Assembly: GCA_052033935.1 (NCBI GenBank)
Contig: JBPOJE010000073.1
Span: 2,159-66,158, forward strand
Origin: Armatimonadota bacterium
GTDB lineage: Bacteria; Armatimonadota; UBA5829; DSUL01
DNA length: 64,000 nt
Reading direction: 5' to 3'
Under the pieces are notes generated by a model. The model had not been told where the DNA came from. It made no database searches and saw only the letters and a list, made by a program, of their open reading frames with translations. The position numbers and the translations under genes were made by a program. Positions 1 to 10,900 of the stretch are shown piece after piece (the stretch's first letter is position 1; each line of letters opens with the position of its first letter).

Positions 1-757
1 CTCACGATGACGTGTGAGATCAGCATGCGCCAGAGCGGGTCGAAATCGGGAATGGCATCCATAGCCCGGTTGACGAGCAGGAGCCCCTGGCTGATGTGCC
101 CGACAAGCTGCCCGCAGTCGCTCTGACGGAAGCCGCGCTGCCACTCGTACTCCTCGATCTTGCCGAAATCGTGCAGGATGGCGCCGGCCAGAAGAAGGTC
201 GCGGTTCAGGCGCGGGTAGTGGGCGGCGACGGTGTCCGCGAGTGAAATCACCGACACCGTGTGCTCGATGAGACCGCCCAGATAGGCGTGGTGTACCATG
301 GTTGCCGCGGGGGCCTGCGCGAACTTCTGCCCTGTGTCCCCCTCGATGACCAGGCTCTCGAGCAGCCTGCGCACCTGCGGATGCCGGATCGTGCCGATGC
401 ACTCCTTCAGCTCACGCTGAAGCTCCTCGATGTCCCGCTGCGACTGCGGCAGAAAGTCTGCCGGGTCCGGCTCGGAAAGTGGCGGTTCGATCTTGTCAAC
501 AGTGATCTGGAGCCGCCCCTGGTAGATGTCCACCTTGCCCTTTATCAGCACATAGCTGCCGCCGCGCCCCATCTGCTGCTCGGCCTCCGTCGCGCGCCAC
601 TTCAGCCCGTCAATGACGCCCGTGCGGTCCTGAAGCTTCATTCTCAGGTAGGGCGAGTCGTCCCTCGCCGCGCGGACTTCGCTCTCCGCCACCAGAAAGA
701 CGCCGCGAACAGCGCCGACGTCCTGCAACTCGTTGACCCATGGTGATTTCACGTGTG
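1..757 (-). CDS. YhaM-like 3'-5' exoribonuclease (OB-fold + HD phosphohydrolase domain); N-terminal ~252 aa present, 3' end lies beyond window start
   Basis: Minus-strand translation from GTG at 757-755 reads VKSPWVNELQDV...YVLIKGKVDIYQGRLQITVDKIEP (OB-fold-like), then HHAYLGGLIEHT...ILHDFGKIEEY (H..HD motif of HD domain). A GGAGAAAAC RBS-like stretch lies upstream. Absent from the ORF track because the stop is outside the window. Confidence 0.75.
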
Positions 758-898
758 TTTTCTCCGGGTGCCATGGTAGCCGAACAGCCGTCCGCGGTCA
801 ACGAGAAGTGGTCACAGCGGGCCGCCATGTGGTTTCATCAGGGTTACCCGGACAGGGGCTCCGGAAACAGGAATTGATCAAGGAGACTGAATTCATCA

Positions 899-1285
899 AT
901 GGAGTCAACCGAAAAGACATTTGTGGAAAGTGAATACCGCGCGGCCATCAACGAGGACCATCGCCCGTGGGGCAAGTTCCGCGAGTTCCCCATTGAAGGC
1001 GTCGGCGCGGCCAAAATCATCACGGTCAACCCCGGCGGAGAGTTGTCGCTTCAGTACCACAGCCGCCGGGCGGAGTTCTGGGTGGCGCTTGACGAAGGGC
1101 TCGAGATCACCCTGGGCGGCCGCGTGTGGGTGGCGGAACCGAACGAGGAGATATTCATACCGCAGGGCGCGAAGCACCGCCTGCGCGGAGTGGGCGAAAA
1201 TCCGGGGCGCATAATGGAGTTCTGGCTTGGCAACTCAGCGGAGGATGATATCGTGCGCCTGGAGGATGCTTACGGTCGGGAATAA
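899..1285 (+). CDS. cupin-fold protein, mannose-6-phosphate isomerase (type II PMI) C-terminal-like
   Basis: 128-aa ORF. PWGKFREF...AKIITVNPGGELSLQYHSRRAEFWVAL...EIFIPQGAKHRL matches the cupin_2 / PMI C-terminal signature. A 6-nt gap to the next ORF suggests an operon. Confidence 0.75.
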   Translation: MESTEKTFVESEYRAAINEDHRPWGKFREFPIEGVGAAKIITVNPGGELSLQYHSRRAEFWVALDEGLEITLGGRVWVAEPNEEIFIPQGAKHRLRGVGENPGRIMEFWLGNSAEDDIVRLEDAYGRE

Positions 1286-1291
1286 AGTGCG

Positions 1292-3685
1292 GTGATACAG
1301 GTCGGCACGCTGGCCGAACTGATTGAGAGGGCCGCCGGCCGCCACCTCCGGAATGTGGCCTATATCTGGCGGCCGCTCTACCACGCCCGCCGGTTCACGT
1401 ACGCCGAGGTGTACAGCATGGCGCGGGGCGCGGTGGCCGTGCCGCTGATGGCGCAGAGCCAGCCCGATTTCATTTCGCGCATCGCAGGCATCACGGGCGC
1501 TTCCGCTGTCTTCAAATCGTCCGCGCTGAAAGCGGACATGGGGGGAATCCCTGTCTTCGATGTCGAGCAGGCCGTTCCGCGAGACCCCACGGAGCCTGTC
1601 GAGCCTCCGCCCAGGCTGGAACCCGATGACATTGCCCAGATTCTGTTCACATCTGGCACCACGGACAACCCCAGGGGTGTGCCTCTCACGCACCGGAACT
1701 TGCTCTCGAACGTCCGGGACATCAACCGGCTGGAGCTTGTTCGTCCCCGCGACCACCTGATGTCCATCCTCCCGCTCGCGCATTCGTTCGAGCAGGTGGC
1801 ATTGCTGTTCACCTCCATCGCGCTGGGTCTCACGGTGACGCAGGCGGCGTCGCTGTCCGGCCCGCACGTGCGGATGAACATGGTTGAGGACCGGCCGAGC
1901 GTGCTGGTGAGCGTCCCCGAGTTTCTGAAGCTGGCTCTGGGTCAGATCGAGGCCAGAGCCTCCGATACGGGTGGCACGGCGAAGCTGGAGCGGCTCTTCC
2001 GCATCGGCCCGAAGCTTCCGTTCTGGCTGCGCAGGGCGCTTGCGCGGCCGGTGCTGCGCAACTTTGGCGGCCGCCTGCGGCTCGCGATTTCCGGCGGCTC
2101 GGCGCTCGACGCACGCGTGGGGCAGAAATGGGAGGCGCTCGGTGTTATTCAGGGCTACGGTGCCACCGAATGCTTGCCCGTCATAACAGCCAACAGCCTG
2201 AAAGACAACCTGCTGAGTTCGGTCGGCAAGCCGTTGCCGAGCGTGGAGGTGAAGCTTGCGGACGATGGCGAGATCCTCGTGCGCGGGCCGAATGTGGCCG
2301 CTGGCTACTGGAACCGTTCCGGCGAGACACCCGAGCGCTTTCGCGATGGGTGGTATTACACGGACGATCTGGGTGAGCGGGACGGCGGCGGCCGCCTGCA
2401 CATCCGGGGTCGCAAGAAGTTCCTGATCGTGACCCCGGCGGGCGAGAACGTCTATCCGGAGGATATCGAAAGCGAGCTGTGCGAGGAGCACGAAGTCCGG
2501 GACGCCACCGTTCTCGCCTGGAAGCCGGGCGGGGTGTTCGAGATCCACACTGTTCTGCTTCTCAACCCCGAGCACGTGGGCGTCGATGCCCGCGCCATCG
2601 CCGAGCGGGTCAACGCAAGGCTTCAGCCTCACCAGCGTGTGCAGGGGGCGTCCGTGTGGGACACCGAGGATTTCCCCCGCACGGTCACGCGCAAAGTCAA
2701 GAAGAACGGCGTCCGCGCCTGGCTCGAGACCCGCGCCTCCGGTGCCGCTGCGGTCTCGACCGTTCCGGCGGGGGCCGTCGAGCGTGCTATCGCGCGGATT
2801 GCGGGCGTCCCGGCGGAACAGGTGTTGCCGGATATGCGGCTTGAGGCCGGCCTGAAGCTGGATTTTCTGGCAAGGGTCACACTCGCGGGCACCATCGAGG
2901 AATCCACGGGCCTTGTGCTGGACGAAGGCCAGGTCGGGCCGGAAACAACCGTCGCCGAACTCCGTGAGCACCTGAGCAAGAGAGAGCAAAAGCAGGAGCG
3001 GCACGTGTTCAACGAAGCCCCGCTGACACCCTGTGGCGTCGCGCAGCGGGCAATCTGTCAGAAGGCGCTCATCTGGCCCATCGCCTCGTACTTTGCGCCA
3101 ACAACCGTGACGGGCCTCCAGCATCTGGATGGGCTGAACGGGCCGGTTCTGTTCTGTCCCAACCATATTTCGCCCATAGACGCAGCCGTTGTGCTCAGAG
3201 CGCTTCCCGCGCGTTTCCACGCCACAACCGCTGTCGCGGCGGCGTCGGATGTCGTCTTCGACAATCCGGTGTACGGGTGGTATTTGGGGCTGCTGGAGTG
3301 CAGCATGAATGTGTTCCCCTTCGAGCGCGAAGGGCAGATCAAGTCGTCGCTTCAGTACACGGCCAGGCTGATGGACCGTGGGTTCTTGGTGCTTCTGTAC
3401 CCTGAAGGGCGCATCTCGACGGACGGGAAGCTGGGGGAGATTCGCCCCGGCGTTGGTCCGATCGCCGTTGAGATGGGCGCGCCGGTCGTGCCGGTCTGGC
3501 AGTCTGGGACGGACGGGGTGGTGCCCGCAAGCGCGGTGACGTTCGTCCGGCCGAAACGCCATCCGGTGCGCATCAGCATCAGCGAGCCGCTGCGGTTCCT
3601 CCCGGGGTGTCCGTACGATGCGGCCGCGCGCCAGATACGCGGCGCGCTCGATTCGTTGTCCGGCGGCCAGAAGCCGCCCGCTTAG
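1292..3685 (+). CDS. fused AMP-dependent acyl-CoA/acyl-ACP synthetase - ACP-like linker - 1-acyl-sn-glycerol-3-phosphate (PlsC/LPLAT) acyltransferase
   Basis: 797-aa ORF. FTSGTTDNPRGVPLTHRNL (AMP-binding P-loop), GYGATE motif, then a helical PP-binding-like segment (EAGLKLDFLARV; conserved Ser replaced by Phe). C-terminal NHISPIDAAVV (HX4D) and LYPEGRIS (FPEGTR) are acyltransferase motifs. Domain order is the reverse of E. coli Aas. Confidence 0.7.
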   Translation: MIQVGTLAELIERAAGRHLRNVAYIWRPLYHARRFTYAEVYSMARGAVAVPLMAQSQPDFISRIAGITGASAVFKSSALKADMGGIPVFDVEQAVPRDPTEPVEPPPRLEPDDIAQILFTSGTTDNPRGVPLTHRNLLSNVRDINRLELVRPRDHLMSILPLAHSFEQVALLFTSIALGLTVTQAASLSGPHVRMNMVEDRPSVLVSVPEFLKLALGQIEARASDTGGTAKLERLFRIGPKLPFWLRRALARPVLRNFGGRLRLAISGGSALDARVGQKWEALGVIQGYGATECLPVITANSLKDNLLSSVGKPLPSVEVKLADDGEILVRGPNVAAGYWNRSGETPERFRDGWYYTDDLGERDGGGRLHIRGRKKFLIVTPAGENVYPEDIESELCEEHEVRDATVLAWKPGGVFEIHTVLLLNPEHVGVDARAIAERVNARLQPHQRVQGASVWDTEDFPRTVTRKVKKNGVRAWLETRASGAAAVSTVPAGAVERAIARIAGVPAEQVLPDMRLEAGLKLDFLARVTLAGTIEESTGLVLDEGQVGPETTVAELREHLSKREQKQERHVFNEAPLTPCGVAQRAICQKALIWPIASYFAPTTVTGLQHLDGLNGPVLFCPNHISPIDAAVVLRALPARFHATTAVAAASDVVFDNPVYGWYLGLLECSMNVFPFEREGQIKSSLQYTARLMDRGFLVLLYPEGRISTDGKLGEIRPGVGPIAVEMGAPVVPVWQSGTDGVVPASAVTFVRPKRHPVRISISEPLRFLPGCPYDAAARQIRGALDSLSGGQKPPA

Positions 3686-3929
3686 TGCGGCAGCTTCTCA
3701 AGTGCTGTTCGTTTTGTGAATAATCTATATTGTGCTTGGAATTCTAAGTAGAAAATGGTATGATAACACGCTCTCAACCCGGAAAGCGGCTTTTCAGCGG
3801 CAATGCCGGCGCCGCACTCACGGGCGGCAGGATATTCCTATGACAACAGCCGTAGTTCTCTCGAACGGTAGGAGGCGTGTCGCCAGGGCTTGCGTCCCCA
3901 GACCGTCATCTGAAAGGTGCACGATCGCT

Positions 3930-6900
3930 ATGACACATCCACAGGCTTATCATGGCTTTAGCTCCGTCAGGTCCCTAGACCTTACCGCCTGCCTCGCAGT
4001 GCTGGCATTCGTGGTCGTGCTGGCCTCCGGCAGTGCGTACGGAGCGCCCCTCGACCGGGAGGCCCACGTCAAGCTCACGGACGGCATCCACGCGTCCGCG
4101 GGCGCGGAGGACCCGGCCTATCTCACCTTCTACGGTGACGCGACGCAGCTTCCCCGCAGGCAGTACAACCTCGGAGATTACTGTTTCTGGGGCAGCGGCT
4201 ACAAGACCAGTGATCTGCACGATGAGAAGCTCAAGGAAGCCGCTATACTCGGCGTGGGGATGGAAATCGCCTGGAACGCGATGCAGGGCGACCGGCCGGT
4301 GAACGAGCGGGCGCCGACGGACCTCACAAGATACGGCGTGGAAGATCGGGTCAACGACTACTTTGGCGACGGCTGCACGATTTCCGCGCAGGTCGGCTAC
4401 ACGCCCGGCTGGGCGAACGGGCTCATGGGCAAGAACTATCCGCCTAATATCGCGGTTGAGCAGGAGGCCCACGTCATGGCCGGGGGGAACACGTCGGTCA
4501 CCCTGGCTCATTCGCCGGTCGTCGTGAACATCCCGCTCTGGTTTCCGCTTATCGTGACACCCTCTCCAGTGCCAAAGACCCGGGTCGAGGATGAGGTCAT
4601 CACGACGAACTTCCAGCCCGACCCGGACCTGCAGGTTGACCTGCCAGGCAGGGTTCTCATCCGCACTTCCAGGAAGCCGATCATTGTCGGGACCGAGCAA
4701 GTCTGGGTGGACGAAGGCGACGGCTGGGTGCTCTGGAACAGGGTGGACAACATTTTCGATGCGCCCCTCGGCGATGCGGTTTACCAGGTGAACCGTCTCG
4801 GCGTCGTCCGGTTCAAACCAATGAACATTGAGCATGGCAGGACACCCGCGACCGGCTCCAGAGTCAAAATCTCGTATGACGCCATTGACGTTCAGTACAC
4901 CGCCGGGGCAGATTACCTGTTCGACAACCTGACGGGCACACTCACGCGAAGGATAGGCGACCTCTCCGGCTTTATCGCCTCTGAAACCTTTGACAGCACA
5001 ACGCTCGACAGCCGATGGCAGTGGATGAACCCGCCCGGGGCCTGGGATGTGAACACCACCCTGGCCGGACACCTGCACTACACCGTCAACTCGACCCCCC
5101 CGGACGGGGTGGGGCACTTCATCTACCAGAGTCTCAGCGGTGCGGGCGACTTCCGGATGTCCGCCAAAATCACAAACGCAGCGTGTTGGGAACCCGGGGT
5201 GCAGAAACCGCTGACCCAGACGGGGCTGATGGTCTATCAGGATGCGCAGAACTGGTTCCGCTACGGCCTGACAACCGACCAGGGCCGCCCGTACCTCACC
5301 CGGTGCGTCAACGGTGTCACAACGACAGCCGGCGGGGGCGGGGAGTACGGGTGGCAGGTCACGGCTCCGCGCTACATCACCGCCATGAAGCACGGAAACA
5401 CCTATACCGTGTACACGCACTACAGGCCCGGCGCCACTGCGCCTGACGGCGATTACCAGTTCGTCTGCACGTTCGACCAGACCCTGACGTACCCGCTCAA
5501 GGTTGGAGTCTCCAGCACCGGTCTGGATACGGCTGGCGTTGACGTGGACGAGGTGACCGTGGAGGTCCCGAGGATTCCCTCCAACGGCAAGGTCGCTGTC
5601 TTCTACAACTACCTCAACCCGGACCCGTGGCTGAGATATGTCCGGGAGACGGTAGGGTATTTCAAGGACAGAATCAAGTACTGGCAGTCGTGGAACGAGC
5701 CTGATCTGTGGATGTGCTGGGCGGGCGGACAGGACCTGCACGCCGTGATGCAAGGCTTGTTTGCTCAGGCGGTCCGCGAGGCCGACCCCGAAGCGCACGT
5801 GATCGGCGGTGGGTATGCCAACGGCTCCAACCATCAGATCGAGACGGTCTATAACATCGCCGGGGCCAACTCGTTCGACTATGCATCCTGGCACCCGTAC
5901 CTGTTCAGCAACCAGGCCCCCGACTCCATCGGCTGGGAGACCGTCGCCCACCAGCGCGCGCGCGACATCATGGCCAGCCACGGGGACGCTGACAAAGAGG
6001 TCTTCTTCGGTGAGATTTCGGCTGGCAGCGGTGTTCTGCAGAGCGGAGGCGGGCTGAACGACCGGAAACAGGCCGACTATGGCGCGCGGCTTCTTCTGCT
6101 GTCGCGCAAGCTTGGCTGGGTAAAGTCGGTTCAGTGGTGGCCGGGAGAGGGCGATCTCGCGGATGTTGGTATGGTTGAGGACAACGAGCACGGCTACCAC
6201 GGGGGCCTCTTCTACCGCATCACCGGGCGACAGCGCGACATATCGAAGCTGGCACGAGTGAATGGCCGCGTCTCGATCGAGGCGGCGCACCATATTGACC
6301 TGACCTACCGGGTTGGAGACCGTATTGTGGTGTCGGGCGTCACCGAACCGGACGTCTGGTTCAATGGGACATTCACTATCGAAGCTCTGGAGAGCGTTTA
6401 CAACCCGCTGTTCGGAACCTCGAAGATCATCCGGATTATTACCAGCCAGAGCGGCAAACCGGACGCCGCGGCAGAAGCGCCGTACGAGGGCAAGCTGGGC
6501 ATTGTGCGGCCGTATGTCGAGCCGAAGCCGATCTTCTACGCCTTCCGCAATCTCGCCTCGAACAGGGGCATCCTCATGGACCTGTGCGACTACGGCGCGG
6601 ACACCCAGATAATCCCGCCCGAGGGGAGCCACCTTCTGAACAGCGTCCGGCTGGGAGTCCGCGACAGGTCGGAGATTGCCGAGGTGACGGTGCGCGCCTC
6701 GCTCACCTGCACGGATGAGAGTGCGAAGCCGTCGCGAGTGGCGGCGGTTTACACGGGGTATGCCGGGCAGAAGGTGACTGTTGTGCACCTCAACCCCGCT
6801 GCACCGGCGCTCTGCTCCGAGCACTGGTCCATGCTGGCGCTCACCCCCTGGTACTTCGGGGTGGTTGGCTCGGTTTCGGGCTTCCAGGGCATTGCCGTGG

Positions 6901-7751
6901 CCGGCGAGCCGTTCACCTCTCTGAACGGGGTAGTTCAGTCGGTCACGATTCCCGAATCCAGCCTGCTGTATGCGCCGGGTGAGGAGTTCACGTTCGAGAC
7001 GTTTGCGGGTGACGGGCTGCATCAGGTGGCCAGGTGGAGTGCGCCCGTGGGCCTGTCAGGCCCGGGCGACATCTCGGTGGACCTGCTCGAGCCGGTCCGT
7101 GCGCGGTATGTGGAGATACAGATCCGAAGGTCCGGCGGCGCCGACAGCGTCGGGATTGACGAGATCGAGGTTCTCGATACTAGCGGTACCAATGTCGCCG
7201 AAGGCAAGCTGTACACGGTGGAGGGCTATCAGGACTGGTTCGCCACCCCCGAGGCTTCGGAGTACGAACTGGGCGAAGCGCGCCATCTGCCCGACAGCAC
7301 GAACGTGCGGCTTCCCGCCGCGGTTCTGTATCTGAAGGGCCAGGGCTTCGGCTACCTCGAGACCACGGACCGGGCCGCCGGTCTGCGTTTCGAAGGCGAG
7401 GTGGATGCGCAGCCGGGCGACCTCGTGACGCTGACGGGTTCGATGGGGACCACTCCGGGCGGCGAGAAGTACGTGCAGGTCCGGTCAATGACCGTCGTGG
7501 GCACCGGCCAGATCGGCTCGCTCGGAATGAACGGGGGCAACCTGCTCGAGCCGATGGTGGACGCGCTTCTCGTGCGAGTCTGGGGGCAGCTGGTGCCGGG
7601 TTCCGTGACCGACAACTCGTTCAGGATCACCACCTTCAACGGGGAGGTCGAGGTGCGGACGAACGCACCGACGAGTCTGCCGGAAGGGGAGATCATCACC
7701 GTGACGGGCGCGGCCGGTTACGATAACGGCCGGGTGATCTACGCTCAGTAG
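3930..7751 (+). CDS. large secreted multidomain glycoside hydrolase (clan GH-A-like catalytic domain with WNEP motif, discoidin/F5-8 type C-like domain, C-terminal beta-rich modules)
   Basis: ORF 3732..7751. Likely start ATG 3930 (MTHPQAYHGFSSVRSLDLTACLAVLAFVVVLASGSAYG signal peptide, GAAAGG upstream). YWQSWNEPDLW (acid/base Glu motif) and FFGEIS (candidate nucleophile) are present. ARYVEIQIRRSGGADSVGIDEIEV is discoidin-like. The C-terminus carries the recurrent module (see findings). Confidence 0.6.
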   Translation: MTHPQAYHGFSSVRSLDLTACLAVLAFVVVLASGSAYGAPLDREAHVKLTDGIHASAGAEDPAYLTFYGDATQLPRRQYNLGDYCFWGSGYKTSDLHDEKLKEAAILGVGMEIAWNAMQGDRPVNERAPTDLTRYGVEDRVNDYFGDGCTISAQVGYTPGWANGLMGKNYPPNIAVEQEAHVMAGGNTSVTLAHSPVVVNIPLWFPLIVTPSPVPKTRVEDEVITTNFQPDPDLQVDLPGRVLIRTSRKPIIVGTEQVWVDEGDGWVLWNRVDNIFDAPLGDAVYQVNRLGVVRFKPMNIEHGRTPATGSRVKISYDAIDVQYTAGADYLFDNLTGTLTRRIGDLSGFIASETFDSTTLDSRWQWMNPPGAWDVNTTLAGHLHYTVNSTPPDGVGHFIYQSLSGAGDFRMSAKITNAACWEPGVQKPLTQTGLMVYQDAQNWFRYGLTTDQGRPYLTRCVNGVTTTAGGGGEYGWQVTAPRYITAMKHGNTYTVYTHYRPGATAPDGDYQFVCTFDQTLTYPLKVGVSSTGLDTAGVDVDEVTVEVPRIPSNGKVAVFYNYLNPDPWLRYVRETVGYFKDRIKYWQSWNEPDLWMCWAGGQDLHAVMQGLFAQAVREADPEAHVIGGGYANGSNHQIETVYNIAGANSFDYASWHPYLFSNQAPDSIGWETVAHQRARDIMASHGDADKEVFFGEISAGSGVLQSGGGLNDRKQADYGARLLLLSRKLGWVKSVQWWPGEGDLADVGMVEDNEHGYHGGLFYRITGRQRDISKLARVNGRVSIEAAHHIDLTYRVGDRIVVSGVTEPDVWFNGTFTIEALESVYNPLFGTSKIIRIITSQSGKPDAAAEAPYEGKLGIVRPYVEPKPIFYAFRNLASNRGILMDLCDYGADTQIIPPEGSHLLNSVRLGVRDRSEIAEVTVRASLTCTDESAKPSRVAAVYTGYAGQKVTVVHLNPAAPALCSEHWSMLALTPWYFGVVGSVSGFQGIAVAGEPFTSLNGVVQSVTIPESSLLYAPGEEFTFETFAGDGLHQVARWSAPVGLSGPGDISVDLLEPVRARYVEIQIRRSGGADSVGIDEIEVLDTSGTNVAEGKLYTVEGYQDWFATPEASEYELGEARHLPDSTNVRLPAAVLYLKGQGFGYLETTDRAAGLRFEGEVDAQPGDLVTLTGSMGTTPGGEKYVQVRSMTVVGTGQIGSLGMNGGNLLEPMVDALLVRVWGQLVPGSVTDNSFRITTFNGEVEVRTNAPTSLPEGEIITVTGAAGYDNGRVIYAQ

Positions 7752-7922
7752 GGTTTTCGGAGAACTCAAAGTCTGCTATGCAGGGGCGCTCCGCCTACGG
7801 GAGGGGCGCCCGCATGGTATCATGAACCTGTCAGCGTGATGCCGGGCAGACGATACCCAGCCACGGCCTGTCGAGGGCCAACGGGTTGTCTGAGCCGGCA
7901 TCGAGTCACAAAGGTTCCTGCT

Positions 7923-10900
7923 ATGTCACGCCTGCCGTTCATTGCTACAGTCATTCTTGCGCTATCCGCCGCTGCGGCGCTGGCTGCTTCGCAGCCGCCC
8001 GTCGCGGGGACAATCAGCCCGGCCTCGGGAGATCTTGAGGCCGGAGCGGTTTACACGTTCACGGCCACCTTCGAAGACCCCGACGGCTATGCGGATATCG
8101 CGGACTGCCGCGTTCTGCTGAACACCGCCATCTCCGGCGCGAACGGCATTTTCGTCTTCTACAATGCTGTGAGCAACAAGCTCTACCTGCGCAACGACAA
8201 CAACACGGCGTGGCTGGGCGGGTATGCGCCCGGGTCGGCTGGCACGATAGACAACTCACAGTGCGCCGTCCACTGCTCCGGAAGCAGTGTGAGCGGATCG
8301 GGCAACAGGCTGACTGTGAACCTCTGCATTCTCCTTAAGGGCAGCCTCAGCGGAATCACACTTTCCGAGTGGCTGTATGCGGGAGACAGGTCGAAGCTGG
8401 GCGACGGCTGGAATCAGGCGGGCTCGATTCGCGTGGAGGCGTCGCCCGCTCCGCCCGTGACCGGAACCATCAGCCCCGCCGCCGGGCACCGCTTCGCGGG
8501 CGTCACGCACACGTTCACCGCGACGTTCGATGATCCGGAGGGATTCGAGGACATCCGCGACTGCCGCATCCTGCTCAATACCGCGATTTCCGGCGCGAAC
8601 GGCATATTCGTTTACTTTGACATCGCGAAGAACAGGGTCTATCTTCGCAGCGACAACAACACGGCGTGGCTGGGCGGATATGCTCCCGGCACCCCGAACA
8701 CAATCGAGAACGGGCGCTGCAGGGTCTATTGCGCCGGGACCAGCCTGCGCGGATCGGGAACCAGGCTGACCGTCACCCTGCAGGCTTACGTGAAGCCGGG
8801 AGTGGCCGGGAAGATTCTCAAAGAGTGGCTCTATGCGGGCGACAAGGCGGGCGCGGGCGACGGATGGAATCAGGCGGGCGCTCTCTACTTCGTTCCCCCC
8901 GCGCCGATGAACACCAGCGTCAGCCCGTCCAGCGGGCGGGTGTCGGCGCCGGGGTGGACGACCATCACCACGGCGCAGTACGACCCCAACGGGTTCGCTG
9001 ACATCAGAAGCTCCTACCTGCTCATCAACAGCAACTTCACGGGGCTCGGAGCGGTTTACGTGTGGTACGACGCGGTGGAGGACCTGCTCTATCTGCGCAA
9101 CGATGCCAACACGGGCTGGCTGGGCGGGTTCGCGCCTGGTTCGGAGAACATCATCTCGAACGGCCGCGCCGATCTGGACTGCGCCGCCACAACGGTTAAG
9201 GGCAGCGCCCAGACGCTGACGGTGGGCTGGCGCGTCAACATACGGCCGCCGCAGCCTGAGTGGGAGTGCGGGGCCTGGATGTATGCGGCCGACACGGCCG
9301 GGCTAAACTCAGGCTTCGAGAAGAAAGGTGACATCGTCTTCGACCAGGCACCCACGAATGCATCGCTCGAGCCGGCGTCGGGCGGCGCACTCTCGGTGGG
9401 GCAAACGTCTGTCCTGAGCGCAAAGTACACAGACCCGAGCGGCGCAGCCGACCTTCGCGGGGCGTACCTCGTGCTCAACACTACGCTGTCAAGCTTCCGC
9501 GGCGTTTCGCTCTGGTACGACGCCGGCGCGGACAGGCTGTGGCTGCGCAACGACCTGAACACGGCGTGGCTGGGCGGCATAGCGCCCGGAACCTCTGGCG
9601 TCATCGAGAACGGCTACTGCAAGATTGACTGCGCCGGAACGGCCGTCGAGCGCTCGGGCACGGATCTGGTGGTGAACTGGAAGATCGAGCCGAAGGCCTC
9701 GCTCAGGGGGAAAGCGCTCGGATCGTGGATGTACTGCGTTGACGCCGCCGGGCTGTCGGATGGCTGGGACCAGATGACAACCTACACCATCGGGAGCTAT
9801 CTCAATGTATCGCTCACGCCGTCATCCGGCGAAGTCCCCGCGCTGCAGCCGTTGTCGCTGACCACCGAATGCCTGGCACCTAACGGCGCGGCCGCGACGA
9901 GCACCTATCTGCTTCTGAACACGGCGGTCAACGCGGCGAACGGGGTGTATCTGTATTATGATGGGCCGGGCAACCGGCTCTATCTTCGCAACGACACCGG
10001 CTCGGCCTGGCTCGGCGGCTTCGCGCCGGGCAGCGCCAACACCATCGCCAACAGCCTGGTGACGGTGAACTGCGCGGGCACCACGGTTCAATCAGCCGAG
10101 GGGCGGATGCGGGTCGCCTGGTCGGTCGAGTTCAAGGCGTCGGACCGGCAGTTCACAGCCTGGATGTACACAGCCGACACCGCCAGGTTCACCGACGGCT
10201 GGGATACGATGGGCGTTCTGCAGGTCGTGAACCCAGACGGCATGGTTTACATACCGGCGGGTCCGGCCCTGATCGGCAGCGTTGGGGACGAGCCGTACGC
10301 CGAGAGCGACGAGCTTCCCCGGCACGAGGTATATCTGGCGGCATACTGGATAGGGCGCACCGAGGTGACACGCGCGCAGTACCGGGCGTTCATGGACTCG
10401 GGCGGATACCACAACCCCGCGTACTGGTCGGGCGAGGGCTGGACCTGGAAGATGGCCAACGACCGCACCGAGCCCGACTACTGGGCCGCGCAGCAGGACT
10501 GGGGCGGCTCCTCGTTCACGCAGACAGAGGCTCATCCGGTGGTCGGCGTTACGTACTACGAGGCCGAGGCTTACTGCGCCTGGGCGGGCGGGTATCTCCC
10601 CACAGAAGCGCAGTGGGAGAAGGCCGCGCGCTGGACGGGCAGCACGGCGAACGCGTACCCGTGGGGCGATGTGTGGGATCCGGAGAAGTGCAACAACTTC
10701 CACGACCGGAACCTGGCCGGGGGCGGGTATCAGGGCTATCAGACGGCGGCGGTGGGCAGCTACCCTGCCGGGGCAAGCCCGTACGGATGCCACGACATGG
10801 CCGGGAATGCGTGGGAATGGTGTCAGGACTGGTACGTTTCGTATCCGGGCAGCAGCGCTCCGTTTGACTTCACCGGTGCCTACCGCGTGGTGCGCGGCGG

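Noticed and set aside
1235-3562. 775-aa minus-strand ORF antisense to the acyl-ligase/acyltransferase gene. Similar long antisense ORFs occur at 3975..7022, 10092..10973, 20743..22002, 22247..24568, 25824..26942, 30540..31868, 43501..45015, 45390..46949, 47622..48866, 48544..49779, 50615..52219 and 62213..63292.
   Set aside because: Arg/Pro/Ala-rich low-complexity translations with no family motifs, lying opposite ORFs with clear homology. These are typical stop-codon-poor antisense frames in ~66% GC DNA.
7752-7922. Hairpin GGGCGC...GCGCCC after the glycoside hydrolase stop as an intrinsic terminator
   Set aside because: The GC-rich inverted repeat is present (about 7786-7814) but no U-tract follows, so evidence for a rho-independent terminator is insufficient.
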